From assembly GCA_963700275.1 (NCBI GenBank), contig CAVOWZ010000001.1:344151-408150 (forward strand): DNA of 64,000 nt, read 5' to 3'. Below the pieces are notes generated by a model. The model searched no databases. It was not told the DNA's origin and worked only from the letters and a program-made list of their open reading frames with translations. A program made the position numbers and the translations under genes. Below, piece after piece: positions 27,716 through 36,810 of this stretch (the stretch's first letter is position 1; each line of letters starts with the position of its first letter). The stretch comes from an uncultured Bacteroidales bacterium. Lineage in GTDB: Bacteria; Bacteroidota; Bacteroidia; Bacteroidales; VadinHA17.

Positions 27716-29100
27716 TTTGTCTTTTTTACGTATTTCTTTGAAACAGGTCTACCCATATTTGTAAATTTATGTACTTTCCAGTCTTGAACTGTATCCCCGT
27801 CTACATCATCAAAATAATATGTTTTTTGAACAACTGAAGAATCCGATTCTTTCCCTTCAGATTTATAATCATACTCATTCTTTTCCGATTCTTTAGTATA
27901 CTTTTTCACAAGAGGATTGTTTTGAATGAGTTCTTGATTATTCCCAGCTTTTTCCTTAATAATATCTTTATCCTCTGTTCCCTCGTAACTTTCATTTGAT
28001 CGGACATAATTATGTAATGCTGGATCGGTCAGATGAGCGCTACTTGCTTTTGCGATATCTTCAAGAATCTGCTGGTCAACATTTCTTATCATCCAATTTT
28101 CGAAATTTGTGGCATTTCTTACTTTACGTTCATAAGTATTACCTAATAAAAAATAATCAATTCTATTACCCAAAATCCATAGCCAACTATGAGATGATTG
28201 ATTTGGGGGATTTCTCTCTGCAACAACTACTACTTCTGGTAGTTTAATTGTGTCTATTAATCCAAATAGATCGATGAAGCGGATAGGGTTGTTCTTCACA
28301 TAGTTGTAAGGAGAAAGGTTTAGGCGGTATTCTGCCAATGGATCAGGCATATGCCACCTTCCAATTTGTGGATCGTACATCCTTGCGCCGTAATCGTAAA
28401 GGTCAAGATTCACGCCGCCAAGAAGGTTATTCTGAAATTCCTTACCGTTGTGAAGATATCTGTTGTCACTTGTTGCCGTCGTCTGAGGCTTATGAAGCAT
28501 ACCGAAAGGATAATAATCATCCTGCTGCACAATAACTCCTGTTGTTGAAGGCACATTAAATGACACTCTTGTACTGCCAAGGTGATCCTTCATGAAATAC
28601 TCATACGTATATGTTCCTGCTGAATTTGTTGCCCTCTCCTCCTGTGTAAGGATGTATTTCACCGCTATCCCGTTTGCTGTGCCGTCTAATGTGTAAACAT
28701 AGTTCCCAAAGTACAGAAGTGTTGTCCCTGTTGAAAGCCTCTGCTTCAGCTTTTCTCCTACCGAGGTATAAACATATTCTATCTTGTTTGCCGGGGTAAT
28801 AGTGTCGCTGATCCTTGCAGGAAGGTTAAGATAATTATACACGGTCTTCATCCTCTTGTTCCTGTTGAGCCACATGTTACCATTCTTATCGTAATAATAT
28901 TCCTTGTTAGTGTAACCGTTTGTAGCATCATAAAAATCACTCCTCCCTGCAATATCCGGTACTGAGTCAGCTATGGATCTAACCTGGTTACCCATACCAG
29001 TATACTTAAATGTAAGGCTGTCAAGCCTTCCAAACGATCCGGTGGCAATCTGACCTGACCTCAGGAGTTTGAGTATATTCCCGTTTTTATCATATGTCAT
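27712..29100 (-). CDS. Orphan RHS/YD-repeat C-terminal cassette (5'-truncated core plus a distinct C-terminal toxin domain)
   Basis: YD repeats nearly identical to the large RHS ORF, core-end motif NNPIRFIDLFGL, then about 183 aa of unrelated C-terminal sequence. Confidence 0.8.
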   Translation of the reverse strand: MTYDKNGNILKLLRSGQIATGSFGRLDSLTFKYTGMGNQVRSIADSVPDIAGRSDFYDATNGYTNKEYYYDKNGNMWLNRNKRMKTVYNYLNLPARISDTITPANKIEYVYTSVGEKLKQRLSTGTTLLYFGNYVYTLDGTANGIAVKYILTQEERATNSAGTYTYEYFMKDHLGSTRVSFNVPSTTGVIVQQDDYYPFGMLHKPQTTATSDNRYLHNGKEFQNNLLGGVNLDLYDYGARMYDPQIGRWHMPDPLAEYRLNLSPYNYVKNNPIRFIDLFGLIDTIKLPEVVVVAERNPPNQSSHSWLWILGNRIDYFLLGNTYERKVRNATNFENWMIRNVDQQILEDIAKASSAHLTDPALHNYVRSNESYEGTEDKDIIKEKAGNNQELIQNNPLVKKYTKESEKNEYDYKSEGKESDSSVVQKTYYFDDVDGDTVQDWKVHKFTNMGRPVSKKYVKKTK

Positions 29101-29345
29101 GATCTCACGATACCTGTTGACATTGGTAGTATACGAGATACCCTCCCCATATCTGGAAGTTGTCAGCCTGTTTAACTGGTCATAAATAAAACCGTATCCT
29201 TTCTGTGCAGACCCTGAACTACCGTTTTTCCACTTTATACCGCTAATGAAGCTCTCTTACTTTTGTAACAGCAGGTTTGTTCCTGAGTCTACCGAAAGCG
29301 CTGTTATTCGGGAAATCGGTATCGATAGTATATGTATAGTTCGCC
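29101..29345 (-). pseudogene. Out-of-frame upstream remnant of the orphan RHS core, with an internal deletion scar
   Basis: 29101-29245 aligns to about 31275-31425, and 29250-29345 aligns to about 31950-32050 of the large RHS ORF. About 0.5 kb is missing between them. Confidence 0.7.
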
Positions 29346-29378
29346 GGTTTTTTTATTTTATATTCATTTAATATGTAT

Positions 29379-29711
29379 TTACTTTTTATTACCGATTCCC
29401 CTTTCAACTTCTTCCCATCTTTTTGTATCTGAGTAATATGTTATTGATTCTCCTAACGATGTTCCAAACCAAATTTTGAAATTAATACTATCGTGTTTTA
29501 AGTAGCAAATTTTCTCATATAAAGCAGTATCTATTTTAAGTTCGACCATATTATTTGGTAACCTCCCGTGCTCCATTTTAAATTGCTCAACCAGTCCAAC
29601 TATTTCATCCCCTTTTTTAATCATTCTCTTTTCATACCTATTACAAGAGACTAATAGGACAATAAGAATGACTATAATATTTATTCTTTTTAGTGAGAGT
29701 ATATGTTTCAT
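29379..29711 (-). CDS. Lipoprotein, putative immunity protein for the RHS C-terminal toxin
   Basis: MKHILSLKRINIIVILIVLLVSC lipobox. Located 35 bp downstream of the RHS stop. Confidence 0.55.
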   Translation of the reverse strand: MKHILSLKRINIIVILIVLLVSCNRYEKRMIKKGDEIVGLVEQFKMEHGRLPNNMVELKIDTALYEKICYLKHDSINFKIWFGTSLGESITYYSDTKRWEEVERGIGNKK

Positions 29712-29745
29712 CTGGATCATAGTTTGATAATATAAACCTCCACAA

Positions 29746-32631
29746 TTAATTGTTAAAATCATCTTCAAGTTTACTCAAATCCAAAGGTTTGGTAGATTTA
29801 TTCTGTTTGGATGGCTTTTTATCCCTTGACTGGACATTGGGTAAGGAGTTAAAATTAGGTGCATTTTCTGGTTTGGTAGCATGTAGAATATTATTCAAAT
29901 AATTCTGCACTTGTTCCCCAAAATTCATATTACTATTCGGGTCAAAATAGTTTGCTCCAAAATCAGCACCGTATTTATCACTTGGTAGATCTTCGTAGCT
30001 ATATTTTGAATATTTTGGATCAAATCTTTCTTGCATATACCCTTCTTGAACCGCTTCTCCAACAGGATTTAAACCAGCCTGGTTCAGATAGTACATTTGT
30101 ATTTCAGGTGTCATTCTGGAAAAATCATCACTGTAAACCTTTTCCTGAGTTTGTATCTTAGTTTGTTTATATGTATAGGCCCTACCTGAATAAAACACAA
30201 AATGAGCTATATCTATCCATCCTCCTTTTTCAGTATAAATATACCTGTTGTTACCAGCCTCATTAAATGGAGCTGTGTTTGCAGGTCTTGGTCCTTTCAT
30301 AGTCATTTGACTTTGTCCCATACGTAGCATGGCTGAATGAGCCGATCTTCCAGATGTTAAACCAATTTTAGTTTCAATATTATTCATAAAACGCAATAGG
30401 CCTTCTACAGTTCCAGCTAAAGGTTTAATAGGTTCTTGTCCATCAGGGTCAATCAGAGAAATGGGATTATTAGCTACATAAGTATATGGGGAAATACCAA
30501 AGTATTTCTCAGCTGATTGGTCAACAACCAAAAACCTTCCTATTTGCGGGTCCATAAAGCGGCTACCATAGTCGTATAGATCAAGATTCAGACCTCCAAT
30601 AAGATTGTTTTGGAACTCTTTACCATTGAAGAGGTACCTGTTGTCACTTGTAGTAGTCGCCTGAGGCTTATGAAGCATTCCGAAAGGATAATAATCATCC
30701 TGCTGCACAATAACTGCTGTTGTTGAAGGCACATTAAATGACACTCTTGTACTGCCAAGGTGATCTTTCATGAAATACTCGTAAGTGTATGTTCCTGCTG
30801 AATTTGTTGCCCTTCCCTCCTGAGTGAGGATATATTTCACCGCTATCCCGTTTGCTGTGCCGTCCAATGTGTATACATAGTTTCCAAAGTACAGAAGTGT
30901 TGTCCCTGTTGAAAGCCTCTGCTTTAGCTTTTCTCCTGCTGAAGTATAAACATATTCTATCTTGTTTGCCGGGGTAATTGTGTCACTTATCCTTGCAGGA
31001 AGATTAAGGCAATTGTACACGGTCTTCATCCTCTTGTTCCTGTCGAGCCACATGTTACCGTTTTTATCGTAATAGTATTCCTTATTTGTGCATCCGTTTG
31101 TGGCATCATAAAAGTCACCTCTCCCTGCAACATCTGGTACCGAGTCAGCGATTGACCTTACCTGGTTTCCCATCCCAGTATATTTATATGTCAGACTGTC
31201 AAGCCTTCCAAACGATCCGGTGGCTATCTGCCCTGACCTCAGGAGTTTGAGTATATTCCCGTTTTTATCATATGCCATGATCTCACGATACCTGTTAACA
31301 TTGGTAGCATAAGAGATACCCTCCCCATATCTGGAAGTTGTCAGCCTGTTCACCTGATCATAAATAAAACCGTATCCTTTCTGAGTGGATCCCGAACTTC
31401 CGTTCTTCCATTTTATACCACTTATATTACCATTATATGCTGCTGCACCGTTCATGGCCGTTCCGTTTAGAGCTGCAAAGCCTTCATCGTACAGAAGTTC
31501 TGCGCCGAAAAAGTCGCCCTCTCCTCCGCTAAGGTCAGGCTCGTTGATCTTCTTAAGCCAGCCTTTAATGTTATAAGTATAATCGATTTTCTGTAATCCT
31601 GTCCCCGACGTTACATGAAGCTTCTTTGTAAGCAGTTGTCCGAGTTCGTTGTACGAAATATTTGATATGTTCCTTTCCGTGCCTGAGTTTATTTTATGAT
31701 ATATGTTTGCCAGTCTTCCCTGGTGGTCATATTCATTTCTTGTCAGCACATAATTTGTAAGTGTCGTTGCCCCCTGCACAACTGTCTGGCTCTCTTTGCT
31801 CTTTACGAGCCATCCCGGGAAATTTACCTCATTGGTCACAAGGTTGCTCCCTCCCTGTATTCCCGTTGTTTTTGTCTGGATTATCCTGTAACGTTTATCG
31901 TAAAAAGTTGCGGTGGTAAACCATACCTCGGAACTGCTTGCGGGGTCTAGCTCTTTTACTTTTGTAACAGCAGGTTTATTCCTGAGTCTACCGAATGCGC
32001 TGTTATTCGGGAAATCGGCATCAGTAGTATAAGTGTAGTTCGCAGAACCGTCATTGTTTATATCATAATCATCATAATAGGTTACTGTCAGATAGGTCTT
32101 TGTAAATGTAGAATTCGGGAAAGAGTTTTGAGTATAATAATGATGTGTGGAACTTGTGGTTCTTGTTTCATACAGGTTCGTCCCTGAATATGCGTTTACT
32201 GCTGTCTGCATCTGGACCCGTGTATTGGCCGACTGGATTGTCCCGGTAAGGATTGGCCGGTTCAACTCATCATACTTGGTAAACAACCATTCTTTGGGTG
32301 ACTTTACACGCTGTTCCCCGTCCTGGGTGGCAATAAGCCTGTCGCGACGGTCATAAACCATCAATACCGAATCTGCACCTGGAAGCTTCTTTACTACCAT
32401 TCTCTGCCTCTTATCGTACCTGTAAATATAGCATAAACTGGCCAGATCGCCAGCTGCAAGAAATTCATTACCGCTACTAAAGGTATGAACGATTTCGCAG
32501 AAAATCTTAAAAAATGCAGGACGCAGAAGGGGGATATCCCAGGAAGAGATCTCTAAAAAATAAGCATTCACCCGGTTCAGTTTTCCAGGTATGAAAGAGG
32601 GCAGAGTGTACCCTCTATTGAAGTCGTTCAA
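29746..32631 (-). CDS. RHS/YD-repeat protein, 5'-truncated (no N-terminal delivery domain), with a C-terminal toxin domain
   Basis: Many YD-type repeats (YDxxGRL, YxYDKNGN) and core end NNPISLIDPDGQ. The first ~25 codons of the ORF are read-through of an opposite-strand HTH pseudogene, and RHS homology begins near 32500. Confidence 0.8.
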   Translation of the reverse strand: MNDFNRGYTLPSFIPGKLNRVNAYFLEISSWDIPLLRPAFFKIFCEIVHTFSSGNEFLAAGDLASLCYIYRYDKRQRMVVKKLPGADSVLMVYDRRDRLIATQDGEQRVKSPKEWLFTKYDELNRPILTGTIQSANTRVQMQTAVNAYSGTNLYETRTTSSTHHYYTQNSFPNSTFTKTYLTVTYYDDYDINNDGSANYTYTTDADFPNNSAFGRLRNKPAVTKVKELDPASSSEVWFTTATFYDKRYRIIQTKTTGIQGGSNLVTNEVNFPGWLVKSKESQTVVQGATTLTNYVLTRNEYDHQGRLANIYHKINSGTERNISNISYNELGQLLTKKLHVTSGTGLQKIDYTYNIKGWLKKINEPDLSGGEGDFFGAELLYDEGFAALNGTAMNGAAAYNGNISGIKWKNGSSGSTQKGYGFIYDQVNRLTTSRYGEGISYATNVNRYREIMAYDKNGNILKLLRSGQIATGSFGRLDSLTYKYTGMGNQVRSIADSVPDVAGRGDFYDATNGCTNKEYYYDKNGNMWLDRNKRMKTVYNCLNLPARISDTITPANKIEYVYTSAGEKLKQRLSTGTTLLYFGNYVYTLDGTANGIAVKYILTQEGRATNSAGTYTYEYFMKDHLGSTRVSFNVPSTTAVIVQQDDYYPFGMLHKPQATTTSDNRYLFNGKEFQNNLIGGLNLDLYDYGSRFMDPQIGRFLVVDQSAEKYFGISPYTYVANNPISLIDPDGQEPIKPLAGTVEGLLRFMNNIETKIGLTSGRSAHSAMLRMGQSQMTMKGPRPANTAPFNEAGNNRYIYTEKGGWIDIAHFVFYSGRAYTYKQTKIQTQEKVYSDDFSRMTPEIQMYYLNQAGLNPVGEAVQEGYMQERFDPKYSKYSYEDLPSDKYGADFGANYFDPNSNMNFGEQVQNYLNNILHATKPENAPNFNSLPNVQSRDKKPSKQNKSTKPLDLSKLEDDFNN

Positions 32632-32907
32632 AAGATTGCCGATGCACTGGAAGTTTCAATTGATTAACTTGTATACGGAGATCAGGATAATAAAGCAGAA
32701 CAGTCTATCTTAGATCGTGAGCTGCTCTCGATGTTCAAACAGGTTCAGCTACTGAGCGAACGCCAGAAGGGGATTGTAAAGGATTTCTTATCTTCTTATA
32801 TACTCAAAAACGACCTGAAGCAAAAACTTGCACAAAGAAAAATGGACAAATTAAAAGCAATCACCATCATTGAAGCACCGGTTAACGGCACTGATCCGCT
32901 CAAATGA
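32557..32907 (+). pseudogene. XRE-family HTH regulator fragment (5'-truncated, with an in-frame stop at 32665)
   Basis: Reads ...FSRYERGQSVPSIEVVQKIADALEVSID*LVYGD.... The TAA replaces the usual Tyr codon of the SxDYL motif. Confidence 0.65.
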
Positions 32908-32962
32908 GTTAAAGAATTTTACAATAAAATATACTTCAAATACACCTCTACTATATCAATAA

Positions 32963-33268
32963 TTAACCACCAAGATTACCTTCGATCTCTTGCTCTGACA
33001 AAAATTTAACTATTCGTTCAGATATTACCTTGATTTTTTCTTTCATTTTTTCATTGGGATAATCCAATAGGTCGGTTTGAAGCTCTATCATATAATTATA
33101 TATAGATTCTTTTGAATTATAGACTTCAATTATGGGTTCAACATATCTGGAATATTCACCAGTCGTACCCTCGTAATAATTTATAGGTTTAAATTCCTGA
33201 AGTATACCAATTGGATCCCAATCATTTAATAATTTTTCAACCTCCAAGTATATTTTCTTCTTTTCCAT
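32963..33268 (-). CDS. Small cytoplasmic immunity-type protein (DUF1871-like)
   Basis: 101 aa. The LLNDWDPIGI motif recalls the DUF1871/immunity families. It is preceded by a toxin-tail remnant. Confidence 0.45.
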   Translation of the reverse strand: MEKKKIYLEVEKLLNDWDPIGILQEFKPINYYEGTTGEYSRYVEPIIEVYNSKESIYNYMIELQTDLLDYPNEKMKEKIKVISERIVKFLSEQEIEGNLGG

Positions 33269-33279
33269 TTTAATTTAGT

Positions 33280-33430
33280 TTAAAATCCTGTAAAAATCCC
33301 CCGTATACCTCCTTCAATTTCATTATAATCTCCCATTACTGTAATAATTGTACCTTTATTATAATAAACCCGAAATGATTTAAATTTTTGGTTTAATCCG
33401 AAATGATAGGAATTTGTTACCCTGGTTTCA
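33280..33430 (-). pseudogene. Possible C-terminal remnant of a lost toxin gene
   Basis: Open frame with no start codon, ...SYHFGLNQKFKSFRVYYNKGTIITVMGDYNEIEGGIRGIFTGF*, ending 11 bp before the immunity-type ORF. Confidence 0.3.
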
Positions 33431-33565
33431 GGTAGTTTTTTTCAACAAAATAGAAAAAAATCAATGTAATATTGAGTCTTGTTTAAGTATTCATTAAACT
33501 CATTAAACTTACACCGTTTATGAAAGAGATATGAAAATGAAGGAGATGCCATATTTCACCAACTT

Positions 33566-34717
33566 TCACTTTGTTTTAGTTGACTTCATTACTTTTTCAT
33601 AAAACTCTCTTACCTTTACGGATTCTTTCTCCCAGGTAAGTTCTTCAGCTGCTGTAACAGCGTTTTGCTTCAATTTGTTCAGCAGTTCCCTGTTATTTCT
33701 CAGTTTATTGATAGCATCGGCAATTGCTGAAGGTGTAATTTCCGGAATGATCAGTCCGCAATCATATTTATTTATGATAGCTGAAACCTCCTGCAGGTTC
33801 CCGGCAATTACAGGTATCCCTGCTGATATATAATCGAACAGCTTGTTGGGCAGACTGAACCTGTAATTGAGATTGGTATCCTTGTCGAGGCTCAGACCTG
33901 CATCTGCAGTTCGTGTAAACCTCATTAGTTCATGCCATGGTAATTTTGGCACAAATTTAACCCTGCCGGATAGTTTAAGGTCAGTTACCTGTTTCCGGAG
34001 TTCGGGCAATACATCACCCGATCCGGCAATTATCAGACTTACATTTTCAACCAGGCTCATAGCTTCTATCAGCTCCTCTCCTCCCCTGTCGACATTAATT
34101 CCTCCTCCCTGCAGAATTAGAAGAAGATCCTCAGGATTCAGGCCCGTTTCTGCCTTAGAAAATCCTGCTATTCTTTTTGACGACCTGGAACAATTCCTTA
34201 CAACTACCGGCCTGATACCATATTCAAGCTCATATTGCTGTGCTATTGAATCACTTACCGTAATAACATGATCAAGATGCGGAAAAATATTTTTCTCTAT
34301 TGTCTTCCATACCCATTTAACAACAGGTCTCTTCTGAATCTCCGGCACTCCAGTAAAATATTCATGTGAGTCATAAACAAGGATTTTCCGTTTCAGTCTG
34401 GATATCAGAAAATTCGGAAGTAAAGTATCAAGGTCATTTGCAACCAGGATATCATAATTGTGAAAAAGAAGGTAAAAGAAGAGGCGGATGTTAAAGAATT
34501 TATAGAACAGAAATCCTTTGTGAAAGAACATTCTGAACCTTTTTGTTCTGAAAGGAACCTGGTCATTTTCACAACAGCTCCCCGATCTTCTTCCGATTAT
34601 TGTGACCACACAGCCAAGATCAGTGACTGTCTTTGCCATTTTCTGAACCCTCTGGTCGTGGCAGATGCAGTTTATGACGGAAAAAGCGGCGGTGGGGAGT
34701 TGTCTGCGATTACTCAT
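33566..34717 (-). CDS. Glycosyltransferase family 4 (GT-B fold)
   Basis: The C-terminal half has the GT4 pattern ...RVKFVPKLPWHEL...ADAGLSL...PNKLFDYISAGIPVIA. Start taken at MSNRRQL. Confidence 0.75.
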   Translation of the reverse strand: MSNRRQLPTAAFSVINCICHDQRVQKMAKTVTDLGCVVTIIGRRSGSCCENDQVPFRTKRFRMFFHKGFLFYKFFNIRLFFYLLFHNYDILVANDLDTLLPNFLISRLKRKILVYDSHEYFTGVPEIQKRPVVKWVWKTIEKNIFPHLDHVITVSDSIAQQYELEYGIRPVVVRNCSRSSKRIAGFSKAETGLNPEDLLLILQGGGINVDRGGEELIEAMSLVENVSLIIAGSGDVLPELRKQVTDLKLSGRVKFVPKLPWHELMRFTRTADAGLSLDKDTNLNYRFSLPNKLFDYISAGIPVIAGNLQEVSAIINKYDCGLIIPEITPSAIADAINKLRNNRELLNKLKQNAVTAAEELTWEKESVKVREFYEKVMKSTKTK

Positions 34718-34809
34718 GAAGTAAAGATAAGGAATACGGCGCAAAGGCACAAAGGGATTACCGGTAGTTCAATGATGTGAAGTGGGAGAGAAGGTGAGGG
34801 GGAGATTGG

Positions 34810-34943
34810 CATAGCCTTCAACCTAAGGACTTTTAGGGACAAAAGTTTCCCCTCCTTTTTAAGGAGGGGAAACTTATTTGCCTATAATCCAGATAATTAC
34901 AGTAGTTTCCGTTATTAAAATATTCATTAAGTTGACGGCTATG
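34810..34943 (+). mobile_element. Minimal derivative of the MITE family, copy D
   Basis: Both TIRs (catagccttcaacc / gttgacggctatg) and a single cccctcc-loop-ggagggg hairpin. Everything between the two hairpins of the long copies is absent. Confidence 0.8.
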
Positions 34944-35032
34944 GGGCTGAGGGTGAATGGGAGAAAAGGCGAAAAGGTGAAAGTCCTGTCGTTGCATCCA
35001 TGCTCCTATACTCCTTTGCGCCCCTGTGCCAC

Positions 35033-35791
35033 CTAGTATCTGTATTTCTTCTTAAACAGAAGTACTCCGATAACAAAATACGCCAACGACAGTACCAATA
35101 TCCATATAAGCTCAAAAAAGATATCCTGGAAACCAGCATTATGGTTGAGTATCTCATTAAAAACTCTTGTCCCGGTAGCGGTTGGGAGGATATCGGTCAG
35201 ATAAACCTGGTTACCGGCTAATCTGACCAGGTTTATCTTTGGTACAGGGAAAAAACAATCTGAGAAAAAAACCAGGATAAAGAAAGGGAAGCATCCGAGG
35301 GTCAGCAATCCGAACATTGTCCTGATAAAACAGGCAGTGATAATACTGATACTGATCACGGAAAAACAAGTTAAAATGCCGGTCAGGAAAAACAGCATGA
35401 TAGAACCCGAAGTCTTATATCCGATTGAGAAAGCAGCAAAAAGAGTGAGGATAATGCAAAAAAGACCTATAATTATCTGATTCAGACTCACTGCAGTCAT
35501 GAATCCGGAGGATCTGAGTTTTGATAAACTAAGTCTGGTTATTGTATCTTTTTCTATCTCGCGCACAATTGATGCACCTGAGGTAAATAAGATCATGATT
35601 ATTCCCATAACGAGCATTGCGGGAATATATGCATTAAAATCATCAGCAGATATACCGGCACTCTCAGCATTCAGGTAATAGAAATGCATCAGATAAACAA
35701 AAAAGGGTGCAAAGAGTAACACCAGGATCAGAATTTTCCAGTCACGTATATTTTCTTTCAATGTCTTTATAAAACAGGAAATTGTCTTCAT
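35033..35791 (-). CDS. ABC-2 type transporter permease
   Basis: 252 aa with about six TM segments. Overlaps the upstream ATPase gene by 4 bp. Confidence 0.75.
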   Translation of the reverse strand: MKTISCFIKTLKENIRDWKILILVLLFAPFFVYLMHFYYLNAESAGISADDFNAYIPAMLVMGIIMILFTSGASIVREIEKDTITRLSLSKLRSSGFMTAVSLNQIIIGLFCIILTLFAAFSIGYKTSGSIMLFFLTGILTCFSVISISIITACFIRTMFGLLTLGCFPFFILVFFSDCFFPVPKINLVRLAGNQVYLTDILPTATGTRVFNEILNHNAGFQDIFFELIWILVLSLAYFVIGVLLFKKKYRY

Positions 35792-36702
35792 TCTCTTAAA
35801 CTCCTTCCGGTCAGATTAATGAATATATCTTCCAGGCTGTTCTTTCTCAATCTAAGATCCTGTATCTTAATTCCATTTTCTCTTAAGATTTTCAGCATTT
35901 CATCCAATGCCGGTATGGGATCATTAACTTTGAATAACAAACTATCAGAAGTAATTGTCATTTTTTTCACCAGCTCCAGGTTAAGGGAAGAGATGAATTT
36001 CTTCTGAAGATCGCCGCTGATCTCAATCTCAATAAGATCTTCATAGCCGCCTGTTTTCCTGACTTCATCTGTTGTTCCTGAAATGAGCAGTCTGCCATGG
36101 TCAATTATACATATCCTGTCGGAAAGCTTCTCAGCCTCCTCCATATCATGTGTTGTAAGGACCACTGTCGTCTTATCTTTTATCGATCTTATATAGTCAC
36201 GCACCAGAATCCTGCTCTGGGGGTCGAGTCCTGCCTGTGGCTCATCCAGAAAAAGTATCCGGGGCGAATGGATCAGGGCAAGAGCGATATTCAGCCTTCG
36301 CTGCATTCCGCCTGAAAGCTTTTTGGCAATCCTGTTCTTAACACCAGAAAGCCCCAGTGACTCCAAAAGTTCTTCACCTTTCAGAATTACTTCCCTGGCA
36401 GACATATCGTACATACGGCCCATAAAAACAATCTCTTCAAGACAGGTCAGGTTTTCCCATATAACAATATGCTGCGGACAAAATCCTATTGAATTGCCGT
36501 TTTTATTACTATCGATTATCACTCTTCCGCTGTCAGGTTTCAGAAGACCGGTCATCATTTTAATCGTGGTGGTCTTGCCTGCCCCGTTCGGACCTAAAAA
36601 GCCAAATATCTCCCCGGGATAAATTTCAAAGGATATGTCATTAACAGCAGTGATTTTACCGTATCTTTTGACAAGAGATTCAGCTTTTAGTATGGGATTC
36701 AT
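35788..36702 (-). CDS. ABC transporter ATP-binding protein
   Basis: Walker A GPNGAGKTT, signature LSGGMQRR and Walker B ILFLDEP. Start taken at MNPILKAESL. Confidence 0.9.
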   Translation of the reverse strand: MNPILKAESLVKRYGKITAVNDISFEIYPGEIFGFLGPNGAGKTTTIKMMTGLLKPDSGRVIIDSNKNGNSIGFCPQHIVIWENLTCLEEIVFMGRMYDMSAREVILKGEELLESLGLSGVKNRIAKKLSGGMQRRLNIALALIHSPRILFLDEPQAGLDPQSRILVRDYIRSIKDKTTVVLTTHDMEEAEKLSDRICIIDHGRLLISGTTDEVRKTGGYEDLIEIEISGDLQKKFISSLNLELVKKMTITSDSLLFKVNDPIPALDEMLKILRENGIKIQDLRLRKNSLEDIFINLTGRSLRE

Positions 36703-36810
36703 GTGATTCGGGCATCCGCTTTTTGTTCTGTCTGATTCAACATACCGCATTTAATTGATCTTGCTTTGTAATCAAATGTAATAATTAATATTAATTCCTT
36801 AGCTTTCATA

